From Spirochaetes bacterium RBG_16_49_21 (lineage in GTDB: Bacteria; Spirochaetota; UBA4802; UBA5550): a stretch of DNA of 64,000 bases. The stretch is from NCBI GenBank assembly GCA_001829495.1, contig MIBJ01000001.1:2414-66413 (forward strand), in the 5' to 3' direction. This document shows positions 28,799 through 38,489 of this stretch, one piece after another. The notes beneath the pieces were generated by a model, which did no database searches, was not told the DNA's origin, and saw only the letters and a program-made list of their open reading frames with translations. The position numbers and the translations under genes are program-made. The number at the start of each line of letters is the position of its first letter. The stretch's first letter is position 1.

Positions 28799-29344
28799 CT
28801 ATTCTCCTATTTTACGGGGCCGCTGGTGCCGGTCTGACTCTTCGAGCATCTTCTCGTCAAAATGCTCCGTGGCTTTCTGGATCACCGCGCGCAGCTCCAG
28901 ATTGTCGTACCGGAAGCCCTTGAGCCCCATCTTGTCGATCATATTGGTCTTTTCCCTGTTGTAGCATCTGCCGCACCGCTGGCAGGTGAGCATGAAGAGC
29001 TCCATGCTCAGGGTGATATCGTTCTTGTCATTCGTGGCGAGCTCATACTGTTCGCTCATGGTTATGGCGCTCTCCGGGCACACGTCTGCGCAGCGGCCGC
29101 AGTAGGTGCAGCGGGAGCCGTCGTACATCATCACGCGCAGGTCCTGGCACAAATCCCTGACCAGAATCGTCCGGGCCGGACAGTGGGCCGCGCATCCGCC
29201 GCAGCCGATGCATTTATGGTGGTCCCATACCGGCTGGCCCCGGAAATTTTTCGGGACCGGATGCGGTTCAAACGGGTACTTCAGAGTAACCACTCCCGGT
29301 TTTAAAACCAACAACACCTGTTTTATTTTACTCGTAAGCCACAC
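28799..29344 (-). CDS. hycF: Hydrogenase 4Fe-4S ferredoxin subunit (NuoI/HycF-like)
   Basis: Two CxxCxxCxxxCP motifs (CIGCGGCAAHCP, CTYCGRCADVCP). Confidence 0.75.
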   Translation of the reverse strand: MWLTSKIKQVLLVLKPGVVTLKYPFEPHPVPKNFRGQPVWDHHKCIGCGGCAAHCPARTILVRDLCQDLRVMMYDGSRCTYCGRCADVCPESAITMSEQYELATNDKNDITLSMELFMLTCQRCGRCYNREKTNMIDKMGLKGFRYDNLELRAVIQKATEHFDEKMLEESDRHQRPRKIGE

Positions 29345-29367
29345 GGCAACTCTCCTTAAAAAATAGA

Positions 29368-30264
29368 TTATACCCCGTACACGGACAATCCTACCGCGAC
29401 CAGGGAGATCGCGATCAACACCGCGTAATACTTCTGCGCCTGGTCGATTCGAAGCCGCGGATTGGTGGATCCGATGAGCGCGATGACGATAAACACGACG
29501 AATACCATTGCGAGCTGGACCAGCACGTCCACGCCGTAAGCGCCGGTTTTCGCAAAGGGAATGAAAACCATGACGAACAGGGCCGCGTAAAACATCTGCT
29601 TGAGCATCAGATAATACCGAAACAGCGCGTAATTGGGGCCGCTGTATTCGATAAAGGGCCCCTCCAGTATCTCGACCTCCGCCTCGGCTATGTCGAACGG
29701 CTGGCGTCCCACAAAGGCCTGGAGCGCCATCAGATACACGGCGAGCATGAGCACGGCCGACCAGCCGTATCCTCCCGCAGTGCTGAACACGGCTTCATCT
29801 ATCCCGAGGCTCTTCACCTTGACCGCGCCCAGAATGAAGGTCATGGCAAGCACCGGCTCGACCATGATCATGGTGATCATCTCGCGGCTTGATCCCATGA
29901 GCGCATAGGTGTTTTTGCTGGAAAGCGCTCCCAGGAGGCAGGCGACCCCGCCGAGCGTCAAAAGGTAAATTATCGTAATGACGTCAGCGTACCGTGTTAA
30001 ATAATTCGCCTGATAGCCCAGGGGCATGAAGGCGATCACGCTGAGTATCGAAGCGAGCGCGAGCATCGGCGCGACGGTGAACGCGAAATTACCGGCGCTC
30101 AGATTCTGTTTCCCCAACAATTTGAGCAGGTCGTAGTAGGGCTGGATCACCGGCGGCCCCTGCCGCGACTGTACCCGGGCGGTAATTTTCCTGACCACGC
30201 CCTCGAACAGAGGGGCGAGGACCAGAAACGCCGCTATATTGACCGCGATGTAGAGAATGTCCAT
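29368..30264 (-). CDS. hycD: Hydrogenase membrane subunit (NuoH/HycD-like)
   Basis: Polytopic membrane protein with the NuoH-like signature RxQxRxGP (RVQSRQGPP). Confidence 0.8.
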   Translation of the reverse strand: MDILYIAVNIAAFLVLAPLFEGVVRKITARVQSRQGPPVIQPYYDLLKLLGKQNLSAGNFAFTVAPMLALASILSVIAFMPLGYQANYLTRYADVITIIYLLTLGGVACLLGALSSKNTYALMGSSREMITMIMVEPVLAMTFILGAVKVKSLGIDEAVFSTAGGYGWSAVLMLAVYLMALQAFVGRQPFDIAEAEVEILEGPFIEYSGPNYALFRYYLMLKQMFYAALFVMVFIPFAKTGAYGVDVLVQLAMVFVVFIVIALIGSTNPRLRIDQAQKYYAVLIAISLVAVGLSVYGV

Positions 30265-30267
30265 GTT

Positions 30268-31950
30268 TCACCTTCCCGCGTTTAATTTAGCTCGTGAAAT
30301 CTGCTCGAGCTCCCTGCCGGTCAGACGGATTGCCTTCCCGGATCCTACGTCGACCTTCACCACCCGGTCGGTGCACGAGAAGCAGGGATCGATGCTCCCG
30401 ATGATGATCGGCAGGTCCGCGAACTGATCATTCAGAAGCATGAGCGGAACCCCCTGCAGATTCGGATACGTGGGGGCGCGCACCCGCCACCGCTCAGGCC
30501 GGTTCTCCTCTCCCGTGATCAGGTAGTGAACCACCTCTCCCCGGGGCGCCTCAACCGCCGAGATGGCGTGCCGGAGCGGCTGAATGTCTTCGGCGAATTC
30601 AGTCATGATCGGCCCGTCCGGCATCTTGTCCAGGGCCTGGCGGATTATCTTGATCGACTCGAATGTCTCCAGTATCCGCACCACGACCGTGGCCCATACG
30701 TCGCAGCTGTCCAGTACCGGCACGTCGAACTGCACCTCGTCGTATGCGGCATAGGGGTGATCTCTACGAACGTCTATGTCTATGCCCCGCGCCCGCGCCA
30801 CCGGCCCGACCAGGCTCCAGAGCCTGGCCTCCTCGTTGGTAATGCATCCTACGCCCTTGGTCCTCCGGTGGATTGCGGTGTCGCCGATGATCGCATTTTT
30901 TATTGTCATAAGCTCTTTTTCAATGGTCTTGAGCACGCCGGCCAGCTCGTCTTTAAGCTCGGGCGTGATGTCGCGGCGCACCCCGCCGACAACGATCATG
31001 CCGTAGGTCTTGCGGTTGCCCGTGAGCTTCTCGCTGAACCACATGATGCTCTCGCGCACCCGCCATGCCTGCATGAACACGGTGTCGAACCCGATCAGGT
31101 GGCCGGCCACGCCGAGCCAGAGGAGGTGCGAATGCACCCGCTCGATCTCGAGCATAATGGTGCGGATGAATTCAGCCCTGCGCGAAATCTTGAGGCCGCT
31201 GGCAAGCTCGACGGACTGGGAATACGACGTGGCGTGCACCGATCCGCATATCCCGCATATCCGCTCCGCTATGAAGGGAATCTCGTTGTAGGTGACCTGG
31301 GTCTGGCACAGCTTCTCGATGCCGCGGTGCACCATGAACCCGCGGTAGTCGCACCCCTTGATGGTCTCGCCGTCCACGAATACTGCAAAGTGAGCGGGCT
31401 CATGAAGCGTGGGATGGAACGGGCCCACCGGCACTACGGTGCACCCTTCAGGGCACTCATCGAGCTGGTACGCCACGTTCTCCGCCGGGGGCGGCATCAG
31501 GTTCCAGGGGACCTCTTTTCTCAAGGGATAGATTCCCTCAGGCCAGTCGTCGGAGAGTATGAGCCGCTTCGGCTTGGGATGTCCCGTGAACTTCATGCCC
31601 AACAGGTCCATGTACTCGCGCTCGGACCAGCCGGCGTTCGGGATATCCGGGGTAATGGAGTCGAGGACCGGGTCCTCCGCCGGAACCGCGCTTCTCAGGC
31701 ACACGAACAGGTCGTCCCGGTCAAGGCTGAAGGTATGGATGAGGCCCAGGGTCTTGTCCCGGGCGATATTGTCGTACCCGATGCTCACGAGGTACCGGCC
31801 GCCCATTCTAACAATCTCATTGGATATCTCCCTGACCCTGGCCTTGTCGATGTCGACGAAGAGCCTGCTTCTCAGGGGATGATCGAAATGGATTATAGCA
31901 CTCTTGAATCTATTAGAAAGTTTATTTTTAACTTCTTCAATAGTAAGCAT
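30268..31950 (-). CDS. hycE: Group 4 [NiFe]-hydrogenase large subunit fused to a NuoC-like N-terminal domain (HycE-like)
   Basis: L1 motif RICGICGSVH and L2 motif DPCFSCTDR, followed by a ~29 aa C-terminal extension that is a predicted HycI cleavage substrate. Confidence 0.85.
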   Translation of the reverse strand: MLTIEEVKNKLSNRFKSAIIHFDHPLRSRLFVDIDKARVREISNEIVRMGGRYLVSIGYDNIARDKTLGLIHTFSLDRDDLFVCLRSAVPAEDPVLDSITPDIPNAGWSEREYMDLLGMKFTGHPKPKRLILSDDWPEGIYPLRKEVPWNLMPPPAENVAYQLDECPEGCTVVPVGPFHPTLHEPAHFAVFVDGETIKGCDYRGFMVHRGIEKLCQTQVTYNEIPFIAERICGICGSVHATSYSQSVELASGLKISRRAEFIRTIMLEIERVHSHLLWLGVAGHLIGFDTVFMQAWRVRESIMWFSEKLTGNRKTYGMIVVGGVRRDITPELKDELAGVLKTIEKELMTIKNAIIGDTAIHRRTKGVGCITNEEARLWSLVGPVARARGIDIDVRRDHPYAAYDEVQFDVPVLDSCDVWATVVVRILETFESIKIIRQALDKMPDGPIMTEFAEDIQPLRHAISAVEAPRGEVVHYLITGEENRPERWRVRAPTYPNLQGVPLMLLNDQFADLPIIIGSIDPCFSCTDRVVKVDVGSGKAIRLTGRELEQISRAKLNAGR

Positions 31951-31967
31951 GATTTACCTCGGATCAC

Positions 31968-33839
31968 TTATTTTTTGACATTGCCGCCGGTCCACCAGAG
32001 CGCCTTCTTGAAGGCCGCGTACATGTTACTGCTCACATACCTGTTCGTATTATTCAAATCCTGGTACCCGCAGAGCCAGGTCGGCGCCGTCTTTTCCTCT
32101 GCTCCGCCTGATTTTTTCATCAGCCAGGCGAAAATAAAAGCAGCGGCGAAAACGATCAACACGACGATCGGGACGGCAACGGAGGACAAAAGAGCTTTCA
32201 TACCCGGAATGCTCACGGATACCCCCATCGCGGAATTGACGATAATGCCGTCAAGCAAAACGCCGGCGAACAGGGATTGGATTATGGAGCCGCCTGAATT
32301 CCTGAATATTCTCATGAAAGCTTCAAAATACACAAAGGGAAGGAGCCCTTGAACAACGCAGAGCAGCGCCAGGATGATTTTCGGCGCAAGCATCATTGCC
32401 GGAACCTCCTTGATATTCCTGCTGACGTTCCATTCCACGCCGGATGACGCAAAGGTCATGCCGAAAAACTTCACGTACGAGGCGAGCGTCACCGCGCTCG
32501 TAAACAGCGCGATGATCCCGAATATGGCCAGGAACAGCAGCTCGCTCCCCGCCAGTATCGAGGATGATATGATCGTCCACTTGCTCGCGAACCCGCTGAA
32601 AGCCGGCATGCCGGCGATGGAGAGGGACGCTATGCCCGCGACAAGGGCCGTTGCCGGCATGAGCTTCATCAGCCCGCCGAGCTTGTTCAGGTCCCTGGTT
32701 CCGGTTGCATAGAGCACGCTCCCGGTGGACAAAAAGAGGAGACCCTTGAATACCGTGTGGTTGAGGGTATGATACAGGGCGCCGATGATGGCGATTACGG
32801 ACAGGAGCTTTACAAAGTCATTATTGCTATGGAGCATCACCAGGCTGCACCCCACGGCGAATATGATATAACCCATCTGGCCGATGGAGTGAAAGGCGTG
32901 GAGCCGCTTCGCATCATGCTGCTTCAGCGCCTGGACCGTGCCGATGAAAAGCGTCACCGCGCCCAGGCCGGAGACGATCGCGCCCCAGAGAAAGCCGTCG
33001 AACGGAGCTTCTGCGCCTGCCGGAACCATCCAGAAAAAGGTCCGCATGATGCCGTACACGCCGGTCTTGATCATCACGCCGGAAAGGAGCGCGCTGATCG
33101 GAGAGGGCGCAATCGAGTGAGCGTCCGGGAGCCAGAGCTGGCCCAGGGGAAACACGCCGGCCTTGAAACCGAATCCAACCAGGAGAAGTCCGTAGATCGG
33201 ATATATGTATACACCCTTCGTTCCCGCCAGCTTGCCGGTGATGACGTGCAGGGGATCGCCCAAGGAAATTCCGTCAATGAAAAACGTTCCGGCCAGGACG
33301 AGAATCCACGCCAGCTCCATAAGGGCGAGATACTTGTTGGCGTTCCGGACATTTCCCTTCTCGCGGTATTCGAACCGGATAAGGAAATAGGAAGCGAGGG
33401 TCATGAGCTGCCAGGCAAGGCTAAAGCCGATAGACAGATCGTCCACGGTCACGATGCCGATCATGCCGAGTATGAAGACCGGAAAATTGAGGTAATAGCT
33501 CCAGAGCCGGTACTCGGGATAGTGCTCCATGTACTGTATTGAATAAAAGGCGCTCATGATCGCCATGAATGATATGATGCCGATGAAGAAGCCTGAAAAG
33601 CCGTCGATCAGGAGATATATGCCCACCGGCCCGATCTGGAGAAGCCCTGATTTGGCTCCGGCAGCCTCGAATATGGAAACGTAGCTTATATTCAAAAGCA
33701 GTATCCCCGCTGCCGCTACCAGGATAAAATTGATCCATCCGGCAAGCTTCCTCTTGCGGGAGAAGAGCGGCGCGATAAGGGCTGACGCAAGCAGTATGCC
33801 CAGCGCGGTAAGTAATTTTCCATACAGATCAATGTTCAT
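31968..33839 (-). CDS. hycC: Hydrogenase antiporter-like membrane subunit (NuoL/HycC-like)
   Basis: 623 aa polytopic protein with the NuoL/MrpA-family pattern (WLPDAH, GSVLxAT). Confidence 0.8.
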   Translation of the reverse strand: MNIDLYGKLLTALGILLASALIAPLFSRKRKLAGWINFILVAAAGILLLNISYVSIFEAAGAKSGLLQIGPVGIYLLIDGFSGFFIGIISFMAIMSAFYSIQYMEHYPEYRLWSYYLNFPVFILGMIGIVTVDDLSIGFSLAWQLMTLASYFLIRFEYREKGNVRNANKYLALMELAWILVLAGTFFIDGISLGDPLHVITGKLAGTKGVYIYPIYGLLLVGFGFKAGVFPLGQLWLPDAHSIAPSPISALLSGVMIKTGVYGIMRTFFWMVPAGAEAPFDGFLWGAIVSGLGAVTLFIGTVQALKQHDAKRLHAFHSIGQMGYIIFAVGCSLVMLHSNNDFVKLLSVIAIIGALYHTLNHTVFKGLLFLSTGSVLYATGTRDLNKLGGLMKLMPATALVAGIASLSIAGMPAFSGFASKWTIISSSILAGSELLFLAIFGIIALFTSAVTLASYVKFFGMTFASSGVEWNVSRNIKEVPAMMLAPKIILALLCVVQGLLPFVYFEAFMRIFRNSGGSIIQSLFAGVLLDGIIVNSAMGVSVSIPGMKALLSSVAVPIVVLIVFAAAFIFAWLMKKSGGAEEKTAPTWLCGYQDLNNTNRYVSSNMYAAFKKALWWTGGNVKK

Positions 33840-34335
33840 AAACGGGCTCCTTCTGATCCTCGGTAATGTAATCGACGATAAGATCGCAGATTAAACGAAC
33901 GCTTTGATTCACCTCGTTCGACAGGCCGGCGCCGAATCCGGTATCCCGGACCTCGATGCCGAGCAACCAGACCTTCTTGTGATACTTCTCGAGTATCTTC
34001 CCCGTCAAGGCCAGGGAAAGCTTATGGGTCGAATAGTCGCCGGCGATCTCCTCCATTTCACACAGTCTGCCGAACAGCACCGACCCGACCTCTCCCCCGG
34101 ACTGGACCGCGTCGACGATGAGGACGTTGTCGCAGTCGAGCTCCGCTATCTGGTACGCGTAATTTTCAGGCACGTCCTCGACGTTCATTAAAATTACTCC
34201 GCCCGGGACTCCCCGCTTCTTCAGTCCTTCTACGACAAAAAGGCCGGCCGCGTCGTCGCGCTTCAGGTAATTACCCATGCCCACGATGCAGGTCTTCTGA
34301 TGGAGAAGATCTTCTATCTTTACAACGAGTCCCAT
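33829..34335 (-). CDS. hycI: Hydrogenase maturation endopeptidase (HycI/HybD family)
   Basis: N-terminal motif CIVGMGNYLKRDDAAG. The start overlaps the upstream stop in a TAATG arrangement. The tracked ORF is a 5' over-extension. Confidence 0.75.
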   Translation of the reverse strand: MGLVVKIEDLLHQKTCIVGMGNYLKRDDAAGLFVVEGLKKRGVPGGVILMNVEDVPENYAYQIAELDCDNVLIVDAVQSGGEVGSVLFGRLCEMEEIAGDYSTHKLSLALTGKILEKYHKKVWLLGIEVRDTGFGAGLSNEVNQSVRLICDLIVDYITEDQKEPVYEH

Positions 34336-35168
34336 TATATCTGCTCTCCCAGGGTCTTGATCTGGCGGTAGGTGTACACCGGCCCGTCGGTGCACACCAG
34401 GGTTCTGCCGATCGAACAGTGCTGGCACTTGCCGATGCCGCACTTCATGTGCCGCTCCAGGGTTGAGACGATGCTCTCCTCGCTTATGCCGAGCCCGGTG
34501 AGCTCCTTGATGACCGCGTTGAACATGATTGGCGGGCCGCACACGAACGCGATCGTGTCCTTCACCGGCACGTCGACCTTCTTCAACAGGGTGTGCACGA
34601 ACCCGTTCTCGCCGTCCCAACCGGGAACCGGGTTGTCGATGGTGATATAGGTCTCGAATCCGGGAGCCGTCTTCCAGTCTTTAAGGTTGTACTGGTACAT
34701 GAGCTCCCGGGGAGTCCGCGCGCCCAGGAACAGGAGGATACGGCCGAACTTTTCCTTATTCTGCATCACGTGCATGATTGAAGAGCGGAGCGGGATAAGG
34801 CCGATCCCCCCGGCCACGTAGATCACGTTTTTTCCCTTGATCTCGTCAAAGGGGAATCCGTTGCCGAAGGGCCCCCGTATGCCGACTTTATCGCCGGCAA
34901 AAAGCTCATGCAGGGCGTCGGTCACCTTGCCGACCTTCCGCACCGTCAGATGAAAACGGTCGTTCTCCGGGCTCGGCGGCAGCGAAACCGCGAATTCGCC
35001 GGCACCGAAGACCGTGCACATGACGAACTGGCCTGATTTGAATTGGGGAGCCTTTCCGCCCTTTCGCTCATCAAAGGAAAGGTAAAAGGTCTTTACGTCG
35101 ACGATCTCGTCCTTGATCTCCTCAATAGTGGCGATTTCAGGGATTGTTGTGTTGTTTATCTCGCTCAT
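34335..35168 (-). CDS. NAD(P)H-binding FAD / [2Fe-2S] oxidoreductase, PyrK/HydG/AsrB-like (sulfhydrogenase gamma-like)
   Basis: Ferredoxin-reductase fold with GGIGLIPL and a C-terminal CGIGKCQHC...C 2Fe-2S motif. Confidence 0.75.
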   Translation of the reverse strand: MSEINNTTIPEIATIEEIKDEIVDVKTFYLSFDERKGGKAPQFKSGQFVMCTVFGAGEFAVSLPPSPENDRFHLTVRKVGKVTDALHELFAGDKVGIRGPFGNGFPFDEIKGKNVIYVAGGIGLIPLRSSIMHVMQNKEKFGRILLFLGARTPRELMYQYNLKDWKTAPGFETYITIDNPVPGWDGENGFVHTLLKKVDVPVKDTIAFVCGPPIMFNAVIKELTGLGISEESIVSTLERHMKCGIGKCQHCSIGRTLVCTDGPVYTYRQIKTLGEQI

Positions 35169-35177
35169 GTCACCCAC

Positions 35178-36233
35178 CTACTTTTGAATCTCACGTCTGA
35201 TATATGTGACGACATTGGGCAGGCCGATATCGCCGGGGCACACCCACGCGCACCGGCCGCAGCCGACGCAGCCCGGCCGGAGATATTTCTTCGATTGCGA
35301 ATACGATAATTTGCAGAAGAAGCGCTTGTTCCTCCGGTCCTCGACCGGTTTTCGGGGGTTATGGCCGCCCGCCATGCGGGAGTAGCCCTCATACGCGCAT
35401 GAATCCCAGGTCCGCATCCGGTCGGCGGAGTCGGCCCCGGTCACCGGGTCCATGATGTTGAAGCAGGAGCAGCTGGGGCAGACGAAGGTGCAGGCGCCGC
35501 ACTCCAGGCACTGGTCGCCGATGTATTCCCACACCTTCTCATCGATAAGGCCGGTGGTGACCCTGTTCACCACCCGCGATATCCAGGCCTTGTTGTCCTT
35601 TGCCAGGGAATCGAACAGGGACACGGATCTATCTACCCGCTTCTCCTTTTCTTTTTTATGCGAATCGCCGGCTTTCGGAAGCGACATCTTCTCTGCGAGC
35701 TTCTTCCCCTTGTCGCTCCCGACTTCGACCAGGTACTCACCGCCCAGATCGGTCAGATTGAGGTCATATCCCTCATGAGCGCTCGGGCCGGAGTCCGTGC
35801 ATACGCAGAAGCACTGCTTGAACGGCTCGACGCAGGTGTTGGTGACGATGAACATGTTCTTCCGGTGATTCCGGTACACCTCGTCGGCGAACTCCTGCCC
35901 GAGGAAGAAACGGTCAAGGCAGAGCATGCCGCTTAAGTCGCATGAGCGCATGCCGAAGAGCGCCTTGGGCGCGTCGTCGAAATCGGGCTTGATCTCCGCC
36001 TTCTTGTTTTTCCGATCGTAGGTATACGACATGATCCGCTCAAACTGCGGGAACAGTACGTGCTTGGCCGGATTCGCGGGAATGGGAAGCTCAAGGTCGA
36101 TCTCGCCCGCGTCATCCGCCTTCACGAACATGGTCTGCCGCGTCTCCTTTTCCAGTACCGGGCCGTAAACCTGATACTCCTTGTGCAATTCTTGTGCGAT
36201 ATTGGTGACTTGATCTTCTTTTATAATATACAT
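35178..36233 (-). CDS. Multi-cluster 4Fe-4S protein, HydB/AsrA-like (sulfhydrogenase beta-like)
   Basis: Several Cys clusters (CVEPFKQCFCVC, CLECGACTFVCPSCSC, CVGCGRCAWVCP). It forms a pair with the PyrK-like gene. Confidence 0.7.
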   Translation of the reverse strand: MYIIKEDQVTNIAQELHKEYQVYGPVLEKETRQTMFVKADDAGEIDLELPIPANPAKHVLFPQFERIMSYTYDRKNKKAEIKPDFDDAPKALFGMRSCDLSGMLCLDRFFLGQEFADEVYRNHRKNMFIVTNTCVEPFKQCFCVCTDSGPSAHEGYDLNLTDLGGEYLVEVGSDKGKKLAEKMSLPKAGDSHKKEKEKRVDRSVSLFDSLAKDNKAWISRVVNRVTTGLIDEKVWEYIGDQCLECGACTFVCPSCSCFNIMDPVTGADSADRMRTWDSCAYEGYSRMAGGHNPRKPVEDRRNKRFFCKLSYSQSKKYLRPGCVGCGRCAWVCPGDIGLPNVVTYIRREIQK

Positions 36234-36235
36234 GG

Positions 36236-38248
36236 CTATACCTTCACAATTCTGACCGGGATGGTCGCGTCTTCCCCTCTTTTCAGCACGTCCTTGTGCT
36301 CCAAAAAAAATTTGGTGACCATATCATGTATGAAATACGCGACATACGCCGTATTCTTCTTCACCTTGTCGGTTACCTGGACCATCGTCTCCATGGAGCC
36401 GTAGGGAGATACGATCTTGACCGGGAACCGGTCGCGCACGCCGAGCTCCTGGGCGTTTTCAGGCGCCAGGGCGACATATCCCTGCGGATACAGAAGGAGG
36501 GTGGCGTTGTACTCGCGCAGCGGGATAGTGGTCTTTTTCATGAGATTGTTCTGGTGCCAGTAGTGCTGCGCCTCGCCGATGAGGAGGAGTATCGGATATT
36601 CCTCGCTCGCCCGGGGAACCCTGAAGCTCGAGTCGACCGGCGCAAACGAGATCTTTTTCGGGACCCCGTCGAGCGAAAAGCGGGCGGTTCCGTTCGGATT
36701 CTCCTTATTGCAGGGCCACTTGATCCCGTACGAGCCCTCAAGCTTCCGGTGCGAGATGCCCGCGTATGAGGGCGTGAGCCGGGCGATCTCCGCCGTCACG
36801 TCTGCCGGGGAGGCATATCCCCATTTCGCTCCCGCCTTCTCGGCTATCATGGTGTAGAGCTTCCACCCGGGTACCGTACCTTTCGACGGCTCGAGCTTTT
36901 TCTTCGACAGCTGCACGCGGCGCTCGGTATTGGTATAGGTGCCGTCGGTCTCGACGTAGGTCGCGATCGGGAGAACCACATGCGCGTAGTTGATGAAATT
37001 ATTCCGGAACGAGCCGATATAGGCGACAAAGTCCATGTCGCGTACCTCGTTCACGTTCATGATGATGGACTCGTCATGCTCGACCACGACCATGGCCTTG
37101 AGCCTTTTGCCGGCCATGAGAAGCTCATGGATCGACGCGCCCGCCTCCGCGGGGAGTTTGACGCCCCACTCCTTGTTGAATTTCTCCCGGGCAGTCGCGT
37201 CCGATAATTGCTGGAATCCGGTGAGGAGGTCGGGCGCGATCCCCATGTCATAGCTTCCCTGCAGATTGTTGATGCCGGTTATCGGATTCACGCCGCATCC
37301 CTCCCTGCCGATCTTTCCGGCCAGGAGGAAAAGGTTGTAGATATAGCCTATGGTCTCCTGATCGAAGCCCGATATGCCGGAGGAGAAAAAGACCATCGCA
37401 GTATCGGAACGCGCCAATTCGCGGCCGACCTCTTTCAAAGCGGCCAGGTCCACACCGGTCTTATCGGCTACATCGCCGTCCTTCAATGTCTTGATCGCGG
37501 ACACGAAGCCCTCGTATCCGCTGGTGTATCTCTTTATGAAATCCGCGTTGGTGAGAAATTCTTCCAGAATGACCTTTGCCATATACGCCATGGCTATCTT
37601 GTAAGAGCCGGGCCGCACCTGTAAAAAGGAGCCGGAGAGTCGGGCGATCTGCGTGTTCCGGGTGTCGAGAGTGACGAGCCGGGCGCCGGCGCGTGCGGCC
37701 TTGTGTATCTCGCTGCCGATGATCGGGTTTTGCTTGGTTATGTCGATGCCCGCTACCAGGATGAATCGGGCCTTTGATATCTCCTCAAGGGAGCCGAGCA
37801 TGCCTGCCATGCCGGTTCCCCGGTGCATCACGTTCAGGCTTCTCCGGTGGCCGGGGTCCGAATCCAGGCTGATATTGTTCGTGTTGAACACGGCCCGCGC
37901 GAGCTTCATCAATAAAAAATTTTCTTCATTGGATGAGCGGGGGGACGCGAGGAATCCGACTTCGTCGGCCGCGTTTTTTTTGCGCTTTGCCAGGTTGTCC
38001 ACGAGAACGCCGATCGCTTCATCATAGGTCGCCTCCACGAGCTTGCCGTTTTTTCTGACGAGCGGGGTTTGTATCTTTTCATTCGTATTCAACAGCTCAT
38101 GGATATTCCATCCCCTCACGCAGAGCCTGCCCTTGCTGACCGGATGCCCCTGGAGGGGGTAAACGCCGCGCACCGAGTCTCCCCTCACGTCCAGGAGATG
38201 CCCGCATCCCGTGCCGCAGAATGTGCAAATGCCGGATTTATAATTCAT
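36236..38248 (-). CDS. FdhF-family molybdopterin-oxidoreductase homolog that lacks the Sec/Cys Mo ligand and catalytic Arg; probably non-canonical and NuoG-like
   Basis: The N-terminal CTFCGTGCG...C 4Fe-4S motif is colinear with E. coli FdhF. At the U140 position the sequence reads DSDPGHRRS (Gly); at R333 it reads GVNPITGINNLQG (Thr). Confidence 0.75.
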   Translation of the reverse strand: MNYKSGICTFCGTGCGHLLDVRGDSVRGVYPLQGHPVSKGRLCVRGWNIHELLNTNEKIQTPLVRKNGKLVEATYDEAIGVLVDNLAKRKKNAADEVGFLASPRSSNEENFLLMKLARAVFNTNNISLDSDPGHRRSLNVMHRGTGMAGMLGSLEEISKARFILVAGIDITKQNPIIGSEIHKAARAGARLVTLDTRNTQIARLSGSFLQVRPGSYKIAMAYMAKVILEEFLTNADFIKRYTSGYEGFVSAIKTLKDGDVADKTGVDLAALKEVGRELARSDTAMVFFSSGISGFDQETIGYIYNLFLLAGKIGREGCGVNPITGINNLQGSYDMGIAPDLLTGFQQLSDATAREKFNKEWGVKLPAEAGASIHELLMAGKRLKAMVVVEHDESIIMNVNEVRDMDFVAYIGSFRNNFINYAHVVLPIATYVETDGTYTNTERRVQLSKKKLEPSKGTVPGWKLYTMIAEKAGAKWGYASPADVTAEIARLTPSYAGISHRKLEGSYGIKWPCNKENPNGTARFSLDGVPKKISFAPVDSSFRVPRASEEYPILLLIGEAQHYWHQNNLMKKTTIPLREYNATLLLYPQGYVALAPENAQELGVRDRFPVKIVSPYGSMETMVQVTDKVKKNTAYVAYFIHDMVTKFFLEHKDVLKRGEDATIPVRIVKV

Positions 38249-38489
38249 ATAACAAGCTCCTCATTCTATAAATTTTATCCGCAGTCCTTTCCGCGTGAAT
38301 GCCATGAGGGGAAATCACGTTCTCGCGAAAGTAGAGCCTCCCGCTACGCCGCGCCCCGCTTGAATACTATATACAAAGATCCTTAAAAATTAATGTCAAC
38401 AGCACAGGATTAAGATAGCATTGAACGGGGAAGGCGGTCAATTCCCGATAATTGTGATTTTCTATTAACAAAAATTGGTGATGCGCGGA

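Noticed and set aside
34336-34620. The 95-codon N-terminal extension of the hycI-like ORF.
   Set aside because: It overlaps the upstream PyrK-like gene in another frame and is extremely Arg/His-rich. The true start is the Met that begins the conserved CIVGMGN motif with TAATG coupling.
36236-38248. A selenocysteine (in-frame TGA) in the FdhF-like gene.
   Set aside because: The reading frame is continuous with no internal TGA. The position aligned to Sec140 encodes Gly, so there is no evidence for recoding.
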